Below, piece by piece: positions 15,727 through 24,995 of a stretch of 64,000 nucleotides of DNA; the stretch's first letter is position 1; each line of letters begins with the position of its first letter. The stretch covers positions 155,095 through 219,094 of the forward strand of contig JBAYGI010000001.1 in NCBI GenBank assembly GCA_041666745.1, in the 5' to 3' direction. This stretch comes from Candidatus Magasanikiibacteriota bacterium (GTDB lineage Bacteria > Patescibacteriota > Patescibacteriia > Magasanikbacterales > GWA2-37-8). Under the pieces are notes generated by a model. That model was not told where the DNA came from. It worked only from the letters and a program-made list of their open reading frames with translations, and searched no databases. The position numbers and the translations under genes are program-made.

Positions 15727-16284
15727 TTATTTACCAAAAATCTGTTTTTTGAATTTCGCCAATTCTGTTTTTCCCTTTAGTTGCATTTTCAAAATATCGC
15801 AGACAAATTGGTTGTTCCATTTTGGCAGAGCAATCGTATCTTTGATAAACTGATCAAAACTTTGTTTGACAAGGGTGATTTTTTCTCCAGCATCCAGGTG
15901 TTGCTCAGCTACTTTTTCGCAATCTCGAGCGATGTAATAATAAATCGTCCAATTCATTTTGTGTACCGGTTCGTAGGTTTTGAGCAACTTCCATTTTTTG
16001 GAGACCATACCGGATTCTTCCAACAATTCTCGCTTGGCCGCCACTAATATATCTTCACCCTTATCTACGCGTCCGCCCAAAAGTCCGTGATCACGTTTTT
16101 GATTCGGTTGAATTTCTTTGGTGGTCAAGATTTTGTCACCTTGGGTGGCGATGATCTGCACAGTATCCGGCCGGCCAATCATTTCGAAAGTGGCAGTCGA
16201 ACCATCAAACATTTTTTGCGGCCATTGATAAACATCAAAAATTTCTCCAGTAAAAACTTTCTTGGCCTGTCGTGGAATTTTCAT
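15727..16284 (-). CDS. NUDIX hydrolase
   Basis: GGRVDKGEDILVAAKRELLEESG Nudix box. Confidence 0.9.
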   Translation of the reverse strand: MKIPRQAKKVFTGEIFDVYQWPQKMFDGSTATFEMIGRPDTVQIIATQGDKILTTKEIQPNQKRDHGLLGGRVDKGEDILVAAKRELLEESGMVSKKWKLLKTYEPVHKMNWTIYYYIARDCEKVAEQHLDAGEKITLVKQSFDQFIKDTIALPKWNNQFVCDILKMQLKGKTELAKFKKQIFGK

Positions 16285-16318
16285 AATTTATACAAATTAT
16301 TGTTGTAGGTAGGTTCAC

Positions 16319-16674
16319 TGTCATTCCGAGCGAAGCCGAGGAATCCCTTAACACCATTCACTGCTCAAATCTTTCCAAGTTGGATTTATTGTTTTTATTA
16401 AATACTCTTTTTTCTCTCTGCGCCATTTTTTAAGTTGTGTTTCTCTTTCAATCGCATTATTTATATCATTATAATGTTCGTAGTAAATTAATTTATGACA
16501 AGAATATTTTTTTGTAAAGCCATCAATTAATTTTTGTTTATGTTCGGACAGTCGTCTTTCTAAATTGTTGGTCACTCCTATATATAAAGTTCCGCTGTCG
16601 CTGCTTAGGATGTATATATAGTAGTTGTGTTTTTTCATATTTTAAGGGATTCCTCGGCTTCGCTCGGAATGACA
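16319..16674. mobile_element. GIY-YIG gene bounded by perfect 33-bp REP-type terminal inverted repeats
   Basis: tgtcattccgagcgaagccgaggaatcccttaa (16319-16351) and its reverse complement (16642-16674). Confidence 0.7.
16348..16638 (-). CDS. Small GIY-YIG nuclease (YhbQ-like)
   Basis: YYIYIL..TLYIGVTNNLERRLSEH; AIERETQLKKWRREKK; NPTWKDL. Confidence 0.9.
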   Translation of the reverse strand: MKKHNYYIYILSSDSGTLYIGVTNNLERRLSEHKQKLIDGFTKKYSCHKLIYYEHYNDINNAIERETQLKKWRREKKEYLIKTINPTWKDLSSEWC

Positions 16675-16724
16675 CTTAATTTATACAAATTATACGAAGC
16701 GTTTCACTGTTTGAAAAATCATAC

Positions 16725-18086
16725 CTACAACATGTTTTCTATGATACCCCTAAAACTATGACTACCCATAAAAACAATCGCATCACCAGTTTTGGAATTT
16801 GTGTTTAAATAATTTATCAATTCCTCGTCATTTTCAAAATATTTTACATCGCCATGGGTTTTGGAAATAACTTTGGACAGTTCTTCACCTTCAACACATC
16901 CGGCGGTTTTGACTTTGGTCAGGCGGGGGATGATCACCTCGGTAGCATCGACGAATTGGTTGTCATAATCCGGCAGTGATTCTTTTTGGCGGTTGCCGGT
17001 GTTTGGTTCGAAAACGGCGATTATTTTTCCGGTATAAATATTTTTTAAAGTAGATAACACGGATTTGGCTTTGGTGGGTGAATGGGCAATATCGTCATAC
17101 ACATCAGCGCCGGCGATAGTGTGTCCGCGTTTTTCCAGTCGGCGTTTGATGCCGTCGAATTTGGCAATCGCGTCGATAATCTTTTTTGGTTCAATGCCGA
17201 TTTCTTTGGCCATCACAAACGCGCCACAGATATTTTCGGCCATGTAGTCGCCAAGCATAGGGGATTGAATATCAAAAATCTCGCCAATATTTTCAACTGT
17301 AAAATTCAATCCGTCTTTATTTTGAAAAACATCTCCGTAAATATATTGACTGTTACTTTTTCCATAAGTTACGACCGGAGTTCTGGCTTTGGTAATAATA
17401 TTTTTTATGTTGGTGTTGTCTGTACAGGCGACGATCAATCCGTCGTGTGGAATGATAGCTACCAATTTTTCAAAAGCCTCTAAATATAAAAGTTCGGTAG
17501 GATAAACATCTGCGTGATCCCATTTGATACCGGTGAGTAGTAGGTGAGTAGGTTTGTAGGAGAAAAATTTCGCGCGGATATCATCGCGACTGGTTTTGTA
17601 TTCATCACCTTCGATAACACTCCAATTTCCGCCCAAATCATCGGCGCTCAACTCTAGGCTGTTGGCCAAGCCACCAAACATATAAGCGGGATCAAGACCG
17701 GCGGATTTCAAAATCCAAGCGAGTAGGGCAGAGGTGGTAGTTTTGCCATAGGTACCGGCACAGACAATCGAATTTTCTTTGATTAAATTTTGCGCGATTA
17801 ATTCCGGATAAGAAACATGAGGAATATTGTTTTCCAAAACATATTTTAATTCCGGGTTTTCACTGCCGGCGACATTGCCGACGACCACCAAATTGGGCGT
17901 ATTCATTTTTTCGACGTGCCAACCCGGATAGTAGGCAATATTGTGTTTGGTCAAATGTGTGGAAATCGGCGGATAAAAACCCACATCACTGCCGGTAACT
18001 TCCCAACCCTTTTTTTGCCACAAAATCGCCAAGGCACTCATCCCAACTCCGCAGATTCCGATAAAATGGATATGCTTTTTATCCAT
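16725..18086 (-). CDS. mpl: Mpl/MurC-family Mur ligase
   Basis: FIGICGVGMSALA; GSDVGFYPPIS; GTYGKTTT; WDHADVY; DDIAHSP. Confidence 0.75.
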   Translation of the reverse strand: MDKKHIHFIGICGVGMSALAILWQKKGWEVTGSDVGFYPPISTHLTKHNIAYYPGWHVEKMNTPNLVVVGNVAGSENPELKYVLENNIPHVSYPELIAQNLIKENSIVCAGTYGKTTTSALLAWILKSAGLDPAYMFGGLANSLELSADDLGGNWSVIEGDEYKTSRDDIRAKFFSYKPTHLLLTGIKWDHADVYPTELLYLEAFEKLVAIIPHDGLIVACTDNTNIKNIITKARTPVVTYGKSNSQYIYGDVFQNKDGLNFTVENIGEIFDIQSPMLGDYMAENICGAFVMAKEIGIEPKKIIDAIAKFDGIKRRLEKRGHTIAGADVYDDIAHSPTKAKSVLSTLKNIYTGKIIAVFEPNTGNRQKESLPDYDNQFVDATEVIIPRLTKVKTAGCVEGEELSKVISKTHGDVKYFENDEELINYLNTNSKTGDAIVFMGSHSFRGIIENML

Positions 18087-18087
18087 A

Positions 18088-18741
18088 TTATTTTATTTCT
18101 TTTTTTAGTTTATTCAAATCAGTCTGCCATTTTTTACTATCAAACCATTCCAACCCCTCAAATTGCAATTTGTAGGTGTCAGTTTTGCGAGTAGCTGAAC
18201 CTAAATAAATATATTTTTTATTATTTTCTTTCGCCCACACAATCGCTTTGGTCATCATACCCAGTCCGAGATTTTTGATTTTGGAATTCAGGTCGTAAAA
18301 TGGATAGCAGTAGTGTAGTAGTTCGTTTGTTTCCAAACTTATCACATATCCCAGCGCTGTGTTGTCTTCTTGTTGTCGGTAAATAAATAGTTTGTTGAAA
18401 TTACTTTCATCGGGTTCGGTGATCAAAGTTTTTATTTTTTGCGCGGAAAAAGTTTTTTCACCAAATTTGGTGGCATAAAAATCTTTGCCGAGTTTGTGTA
18501 TGCCCCAATGATAGTTTTCGTAGGAAATATTCGCCACTTCCAAAGTGATGTTTTCGGTGTGTTTTAATATTCGGCGATTTTCACTGTTGAGATTAAATTT
18601 GGACAAATCGATGCGCAAACTTCTGGTTTGGTAAAGGTCACCCTTGCCGGTGCGGGTAAACAAAAAACCATTCTCATAGAGAGAATTGATATTGTTGTCA
18701 GAAAAATCTGTAGTTTTTTTTGTGTTCCAGCTTAAATACAT
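18088..18741 (-). CDS. Arg/Leu-tRNA-protein transferase-like (ATE1/Bpt) GNAT-fold protein
   Basis: RSLRIDLSKFNLNSENRRIL; YPFYD; NLGLGMM..WAKENNKKYIYLG..YKLQF. Confidence 0.65.
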   Translation of the reverse strand: MYLSWNTKKTTDFSDNNINSLYENGFLFTRTGKGDLYQTRSLRIDLSKFNLNSENRRILKHTENITLEVANISYENYHWGIHKLGKDFYATKFGEKTFSAQKIKTLITEPDESNFNKLFIYRQQEDNTALGYVISLETNELLHYCYPFYDLNSKIKNLGLGMMTKAIVWAKENNKKYIYLGSATRKTDTYKLQFEGLEWFDSKKWQTDLNKLKKEIK

Positions 18742-18746
18742 GTTGT

Positions 18747-19862
18747 TTATTTATATATCGTCATTAAAATACCTACAACTACCACGAGGGCGTGAATAAT
18801 CCAAAATCGCATTACAATCTTTTCTTCCCCCCATCCATTGAATTCCAAATGATGGTGCAGTGGCGCCATTTTGAATAGACGACGACCAAATAATCTGCGG
18901 GAAAATACTTGCAATATCACCACAATAGTTTCCAGATAAAAAATAAATCCAAAAATTGGAATATATAATGTTTTGTCTATGGAGATCATATTGATCGCCA
19001 ACAATGCTCCCAATCCCAATGATCCCACATCTCCCATTTGAAAACGTGCTGGCTTGATATTGAAATAAGTATAAGCCAACAGACAACCGGCGACAGTGGC
19101 GTTGAGTGGGGCAAAGGCGGTGCGTCCTTCAATCCAACTAATAACAGTTAACCCAACAAATGTAATAAGCAAAGATCCGCCCGCTAAACCATCCAGTCCG
19201 TCCGCGATATTCACCGCGTTGGCGGTAAACATTACAAAGAAAATAATAATCGGCACAATCCAGATGCCAGCCAAAATACGACCATCGAACGGAACCGCTA
19301 GAGAGTGCCAACTGGGATCAAGTTTGGTATAGACCCACCAAGCGGCGACTGCGCCGGCTAAAAATTGAAATAATAATTTTTCGTGAACTTGGATGCCACG
19401 CCCCGGGTGTGAGCCGAGCATACTGGCGAGGTGTTTGAAAAATTCCCATGGCATAATCAATACATACCAGACACGCATATACCAATGGTGATGGATTTTT
19501 ATCAAAGTGATGGTTTGTTTGAGGGTGCGTAAACGGCGTTTTTCCCCGAAAATATTGAGCAGATCGTCCGCGGCTCCAAGTAAGGCAGCGATGCCCATTA
19601 CACCCATTGGCACATAAGTATATTTACGATTCCAGTTGAAAATTAAGGTGATTGCGGTTGTGATTAAAATCACCAAAAGGCCACCCATAATCGGCGTACC
19701 GACTTTGATTTGGCGGTCACCATATAGCGTAAAATCATAATCAGAGCGACGGGTGATGTTGAATTTGTAGAGTATTTTGGTCAAAATCGGCGCAAACAAA
19801 AAAGACGACAAACAAGCGCCGATGAAAAATAATAATGAAGTTTGTAGCAAAGAAATTTCCAT
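18747..19862 (-). CDS. mraY: Phospho-N-acetylmuramoyl-pentapeptide transferase
   Basis: GTPIMGG; NAVNIADGLDGL; MGDVGS; KMAPLHHHLE. Confidence 0.95.
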   Translation of the reverse strand: MEISLLQTSLLFFIGACLSSFLFAPILTKILYKFNITRRSDYDFTLYGDRQIKVGTPIMGGLLVILITTAITLIFNWNRKYTYVPMGVMGIAALLGAADDLLNIFGEKRRLRTLKQTITLIKIHHHWYMRVWYVLIMPWEFFKHLASMLGSHPGRGIQVHEKLLFQFLAGAVAAWWVYTKLDPSWHSLAVPFDGRILAGIWIVPIIIFFVMFTANAVNIADGLDGLAGGSLLITFVGLTVISWIEGRTAFAPLNATVAGCLLAYTYFNIKPARFQMGDVGSLGLGALLAINMISIDKTLYIPIFGFIFYLETIVVILQVFSRRLFGRRLFKMAPLHHHLEFNGWGEEKIVMRFWIIHALVVVVGILMTIYK

Positions 19863-19907
19863 GGGTAAATTTTACTCTAAAACAGCCAAAAAATCAAGCC
19901 GATTCGT

Positions 19908-21200
19908 TTATTCAAGCCATTCTTTGGTTTGGCGAACCAAAAGTTTTGGAGCATCCAAAGGTTCGGCCATAACTTCTTTGACGATTTTTTCCATTCGTAA
20001 TCCTTGGGAACCTTTGATGAGTACCACATCTCCTCGGCGTAATTTTTCTTGTAAAAATTTCCCAGCACTAACACTTTCGGCAAAAGAGGCGATTTGGTCA
20101 TCATTTAGTCCGGCTTCGCGAGCGGCGCTGGCGGTATGTTTGCTGGCCTCTCCAACTGTGATGAGAAAATCTATTCCCAGTTCAGCTACTTTGAAACCAA
20201 TTTCGCGATGGGTGTTTTCGGTTTCCGGACCGAGCTCGAGCATGTCGGCCAAAACTGCGATACGTTTGGATCCATCGGCGATATTTATTTTGGACAAAGT
20301 TAACAATGCCGACTTGACCGGTTCGGGACTGGAATTGTAAGTATCGTCAATCAATAAAGTATTTTTTATTCCTTCAATAATACGCATGTGTCCGGCAATA
20401 GGCTGTAGGTCGCGCAACGAACGAATCGAGTCGATCAAATTTACTCCCAAAATATGTCCGACGGCAATCGCGGCCAAAGTTGAGGGGATGGTATGTTCAG
20501 CAATTGTTCCCATCAAAAATACCGGTACGCTATTTCCTTTAAAATTTAATTTAAAATTTAAACCGATCGGCCAGTTGGTTTTTTCATCGGTGATAATATT
20601 GATATCGGTAGCTTGAAAATCGGCGCCGTCTTTGAAACCGTAAGTGAAAATTTCGGCTTTGGTGGTGTTGGCGCTTTGTATTACCAATTCATTGTCGAAA
20701 TTTAATACCGCAAAACCGTCGCGTTGCAAATGAGAAATAATCACCCGCTTTTCTTGAGCGATTTTTTTGATAGTTTTGAAAGCCTCGGTGTGAGCGTGGG
20801 AAATAAAAGTCAGCACGCCGATTTTGCATGGCGCGATATCTACCAAATAGGGGATGTCGCCGGGTTTGTCCGCGCCCATTTCCAAAATTAAAATTTCCGG
20901 ATAATTTTTGTTTTTTATAAAAAGTAAATTTTTGGCTTTTAAAAATACCTTGAGCCAACCAAAAATCGAACTCCCCGGAGTTTTTTCGATGCCGATAATA
21001 GTCAAAGGCAAACCAATTTCATTGTTATAATTTTTTTGACTTTTGCGAATATTGAATTTATTTTCCAACACCGCCGCGACTGCCTCCTTGGTCGAGCTCT
21101 TGCCAATCGATCCGGTAATCCCAATCACATCCGGATGATATTTACGAATTATTTTTTTTGAGAAATATTTTAATAGTGAATGTAGTATTGTTTTTAGCAT
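19908..21200 (-). CDS. murF: UDP-MurNAc-tripeptide:D-Ala-D-Ala ligase
   Basis: GITGSIGKSSTK; NYNNEIGLPL; DDTYNSSP; DMLELG; KGSQ. Confidence 0.85.
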   Translation of the reverse strand: MLKTILHSLLKYFSKKIIRKYHPDVIGITGSIGKSSTKEAVAAVLENKFNIRKSQKNYNNEIGLPLTIIGIEKTPGSSIFGWLKVFLKAKNLLFIKNKNYPEILILEMGADKPGDIPYLVDIAPCKIGVLTFISHAHTEAFKTIKKIAQEKRVIISHLQRDGFAVLNFDNELVIQSANTTKAEIFTYGFKDGADFQATDINIITDEKTNWPIGLNFKLNFKGNSVPVFLMGTIAEHTIPSTLAAIAVGHILGVNLIDSIRSLRDLQPIAGHMRIIEGIKNTLLIDDTYNSSPEPVKSALLTLSKINIADGSKRIAVLADMLELGPETENTHREIGFKVAELGIDFLITVGEASKHTASAAREAGLNDDQIASFAESVSAGKFLQEKLRRGDVVLIKGSQGLRMEKIVKEVMAEPLDAPKLLVRQTKEWLE

Positions 21201-21203
21201 ATT

Positions 21204-22931
21204 TTATTTATCATTAGGCACCGCGTAATACTGCAATGCGAATTTCATTAAATCACGAAATACAAACAACGAAGTTTGCTCCGCCCATTTGCGTTGTGGT
21301 TCTTCATATTTTACCACCAAAACAAATTGAGGGTTAGTGGCGGGCGCAAAGCCGGCAAAGGTATGGTTGGTGCGTTCATCACTATATCCGCCGGTTTCGG
21401 CAATTTGAGCGGTGCCGGTTTTGCCAGCTACGTAATAGTTTTTAATTTTTGCAATTTTATAATGATTTTCCACCACAGAAGTTAACATGCCACTAAGCAA
21501 TTTGGCACTGCGTTCTGAAATTACTTGATCAGATTTTTCGATTGAAGTCACTTCTTTTTTTCCATTTGAGTATCTGGTTTCTGCTACGATGTATGGTTTT
21601 GGCAACAAACCTTTGTTGGCGATGGCGCTGTAAGCGGTAGCCAGCTGTAAAGGTGTCACCGTAAGACCCTGTCCAAACGAACCAACCGCACCAAACACCT
21701 CACCTTTTCTATCCAAGGACGAAATATCTCCCTCGGCTTCCGGGCCAATTTCAATGCCGGTTTTTTCTCCAAAACCAAATTTTTTTACATAATTTCCAAA
21801 GCGTTCATGTCCCAATTTTTCTTCTACAAAAATCATACCAGTATTGATAGAATTTTCCAATACCTGAGTCATAGTTTGTGTGCCGTAGGATTTGTTTTGA
21901 GCGTTGTGAATGGAATAGCCGTTGATAACCCGCACACCCGGATCAGCGAAAGTGGTGTTGGGTGAGACCAGCCCCAGATCGACACCAGCGGCCATGGTGA
22001 TCGGTTTAAAAACCGAGCCGGGTTCATAAGGTACAATAATGTTGTTGTTGCTGAACGCTCTCAAATCTTTGACCTCGGAATATTTATTGGGATTGAAATC
22101 CGGTAAACTGCACATGGCTAGAATCGCGCCAGTTTTTGGGTTCATCATTACGAGTGATGCACTTTTGGCCTGATATTCTTCCAAGCCTTTTTGCAACAAT
22201 TCGCAAGCTTTGTATTCCAGTGATCGATCGATCGTCAAAAGTAAATCAGCACCATCTTGCGCGTTCACTTGTGATTGCATAGCCATGGCGATCCAGCTAC
22301 CGAGTGCGCCACGTTCTCCCGAAATAAAACCTTGTCGGCCGGTTAAAATTTTGTTCCAATAACCCTCGATGCCGTAACTGCCAATTTGTTGGGTGCCTTC
22401 ATCGTTGAGTCGGCAAAATCCCAAAATTGGAGCGGCGATATTTTCTTCCGGATAGTAGCGATATTCTTGGGGAGTAAAATAAACACCGGTCAATTTTTCC
22501 GCTTTTAATTTTTCTAAAGTATCGCTGTCGATTTTTTTGGTTACCGGTTCATACAGGTCATTTGGTTTGGAGAGTTTTTTGTTTAACAATTCGCGATCAG
22601 TTTCCGGTAATGATAAGATTTGTATTAATTTTTCAACCGTGCTGGAAACTGTTTCCGGTTTAATTTCTTTGGGCACGGCATAAATTAAAAAATATTGACG
22701 ATTGATGGCGGCCGGAAATTCTTGTTTGGTTCTGGTATCTTGGAAAAAAATCTCACCGCGTTTCGGATGAAGTTGTTTGTAAATTTCATGAGAGGTCAAA
22801 GCAAAAGTGCGATAATATTCCGCCTGCACTACTTGCAACACAAACAATTTGACAATAATTCCAATTGTAACGACAATGAAAAAAATCGCAATAAAACGGA
22901 GACGTTGATTGTTTTTTTCTGGGTGTTGCAT
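21204..22931 (-). CDS. ftsI: Class B penicillin-binding protein (FtsI-like)
   Basis: EPGSVFK; SIN; KTGTAQ motifs. Confidence 0.8.
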   Translation of the reverse strand: MQHPEKNNQRLRFIAIFFIVVTIGIIVKLFVLQVVQAEYYRTFALTSHEIYKQLHPKRGEIFFQDTRTKQEFPAAINRQYFLIYAVPKEIKPETVSSTVEKLIQILSLPETDRELLNKKLSKPNDLYEPVTKKIDSDTLEKLKAEKLTGVYFTPQEYRYYPEENIAAPILGFCRLNDEGTQQIGSYGIEGYWNKILTGRQGFISGERGALGSWIAMAMQSQVNAQDGADLLLTIDRSLEYKACELLQKGLEEYQAKSASLVMMNPKTGAILAMCSLPDFNPNKYSEVKDLRAFSNNNIIVPYEPGSVFKPITMAAGVDLGLVSPNTTFADPGVRVINGYSIHNAQNKSYGTQTMTQVLENSINTGMIFVEEKLGHERFGNYVKKFGFGEKTGIEIGPEAEGDISSLDRKGEVFGAVGSFGQGLTVTPLQLATAYSAIANKGLLPKPYIVAETRYSNGKKEVTSIEKSDQVISERSAKLLSGMLTSVVENHYKIAKIKNYYVAGKTGTAQIAETGGYSDERTNHTFAGFAPATNPQFVLVVKYEEPQRKWAEQTSLFVFRDLMKFALQYYAVPNDK

Positions 22932-22932
22932 T

Positions 22933-23940
22933 TTAAAAAGATTGTTTCAAAAGTTTTTTTAGGGCTTTATCCGGAACGGCATTTTTCCAAACTATTTGGT
23001 ATACAGTTTCAGCTAACGGCATTTTAATTTTAAATTTTTTGGTGAGAGCCAAAACAATTTTGCAGGCATTGACACCCTCTACCACTTGTCCGACTTCTTT
23101 GGCGGCGACTTCTTTGTCAAGGTACTTTGGGAAACATTGTCCAAAGCGACGGTTGCGAGAACTGTCCGACAGAGCTGTGCCTATCAGATCTCCCAGTCCG
23201 GCCAAATCACTGGCAGTTTTTTCTTGCCCGCCCATTTTTTTGATTATGGTCGCCATTTCATGAACGGCCAAAACGATAATCGCGGCTTTGGTATTCATCG
23301 GCCATTCGTAGTGGTCGGCAATTCCGATAGCAATCGCATAAATATTTTTAAATGAGCCGGCTGTTTCTGTACCAATGAAATCCGATATTTCTTTTAATCG
23401 TAAATTGTCATTGCATAATACTTTTTTTACTGATTTTATAGCCTCACTTTTTTTACTGGATATATTCATAGCTGTAAAACCGCCTTGCGCCATATCTTTG
23501 GCAATCGCCGGTCCGGAAATAGTGGTAATAAAAGGTCGCGAATGAGCGGGGATATTTTTTTTGAGTGTGGTGGTGGTGAGACCCAATGTTTTTTCATCCA
23601 GTCCTTTGGAAACATCCACGCAAATAGTTTTTGGCGAGATAAATTTGGACGTGCGTTTTGAGGTGGCGTCCATGACACTGCTAGGTAATACAAAAAAAAT
23701 CATGTTTGTATTGTGTACTGCTGTTTCCAAACTTTTTTCTGCGATGATATTGTGAGATAAATTAATTCCAGCTAAATATTTTTTATTTTCATGGAGATTG
23801 TTTATTTGATCCAATGGTTCGATATCGCCCTCATAATTCCAAATTTTCACTTTGTATCCATTCGATCCAATAACCTGAGCGATAGCGGTGCCCATATTTC
23901 CGGCGCCTAATACAGTGACGGTAATGTTATTTTTTGACAT
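22933..23940 (-). CDS. gpsA: NAD(P)H-dependent glycerol-3-phosphate dehydrogenase
   Basis: GAGNMGTAIA; KNIYAIAIG; GLGDL; SRNRRFG. Confidence 0.9.
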   Translation of the reverse strand: MSKNNITVTVLGAGNMGTAIAQVIGSNGYKVKIWNYEGDIEPLDQINNLHENKKYLAGINLSHNIIAEKSLETAVHNTNMIFFVLPSSVMDATSKRTSKFISPKTICVDVSKGLDEKTLGLTTTTLKKNIPAHSRPFITTISGPAIAKDMAQGGFTAMNISSKKSEAIKSVKKVLCNDNLRLKEISDFIGTETAGSFKNIYAIAIGIADHYEWPMNTKAAIIVLAVHEMATIIKKMGGQEKTASDLAGLGDLIGTALSDSSRNRRFGQCFPKYLDKEVAAKEVGQVVEGVNACKIVLALTKKFKIKMPLAETVYQIVWKNAVPDKALKKLLKQSF

Positions 23941-23960
23941 ATATTTTATTACAAAAATAC

Positions 23961-24995
23961 TTATTTATATTTATTGGAAAGTTGTCCGCAAGCGGCGGCG
24001 ATATCTTGTCCTTGTGAACGGCGAATAGTACAGACGATACCGCAGTCGTTTAATTTTGTTTGCCACATTTTCATGGTGTCAAATTCGGTGGCGGATAGAC
24101 CGTCGGCGCAGGCGGTATTGTAGGGGATTAAATTTACCCGAACTTTGCCGACATTGCTGGCAATTTTAATAAGTGCTTTGAGATGTTTGGTGTCGTCATT
24201 TATTCCTTTCATCATAGTATATTCCAATCCGATAAAATGTGTTCTGCTCGGGAATGCGATGTGATATTTTTTTGCCCAAACTTTTAGCCAATCAAAAAAG
24301 TCGGGGCGGTGAGAGGGGATAAGTTGTTTTCTGGTTTCTGTTATGGCGCTGTGCAGTGAAAGCGCGAACCGTACCGGTGGAAAATCTTTGTCTTCTACCA
24401 TCTGTTGCATTTTTTCTGGGATACCGACCGATGAGATAGTGATTTTGCGTGGTCCAAGTTTGGCTTGTTTTATTAAAATTTGCAAAGCCAATTTTACATT
24501 GTCATAATTTAACAATGGTTCGCCTTGACCCATCAAAACTAGATTGTCTATTTCACCCTCGCCTTCGGCATGTAAAATATTTTGCCAAAAACGGAATTGA
24601 TCAATAATTTCGCGATAATCCAAATTGCGTTTGAAACCGAGTTTGCCGGTGGCGCAAAATGAGCAGGCCATGGGACAACCCACCTGCGAAGATATACAGA
24701 TAGTATAGCGTAATTTTGCCTCGCCGTCATCTTTTTTGCTCGGACGCAACATCAAAACAGTTTCAATCGTCTGTCCATCATGCAATTCCAAAAGCGCCTT
24801 GCGTGTGCCGTCTACTTTACTAGTTTGAATAATTTTTTCTTTGACCGTAATCCACGGTTCGTTTTTGATTTGCTCACGCAGATTTTTGGATAGGGTAGTG
24901 ATATCCCCGAAACTTTTCAAGCGTGCATCAAACCAAGCGAGATAAATTTGCTCGCGACGGAATTTTGGTTCGGATTTTAAGATTTCTTCAAACAT
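23961..24995 (-). CDS. rlmN: 23S rRNA m2A2503 radical SAM methyltransferase
   Basis: CISSQVGCPMACSFC; MGQGEPL; IAAACGQL. Confidence 0.95.
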   Translation of the reverse strand: MFEEILKSEPKFRREQIYLAWFDARLKSFGDITTLSKNLREQIKNEPWITVKEKIIQTSKVDGTRKALLELHDGQTIETVLMLRPSKKDDGEAKLRYTICISSQVGCPMACSFCATGKLGFKRNLDYREIIDQFRFWQNILHAEGEGEIDNLVLMGQGEPLLNYDNVKLALQILIKQAKLGPRKITISSVGIPEKMQQMVEDKDFPPVRFALSLHSAITETRKQLIPSHRPDFFDWLKVWAKKYHIAFPSRTHFIGLEYTMMKGINDDTKHLKALIKIASNVGKVRVNLIPYNTACADGLSATEFDTMKMWQTKLNDCGIVCTIRRSQGQDIAAACGQLSNKYK

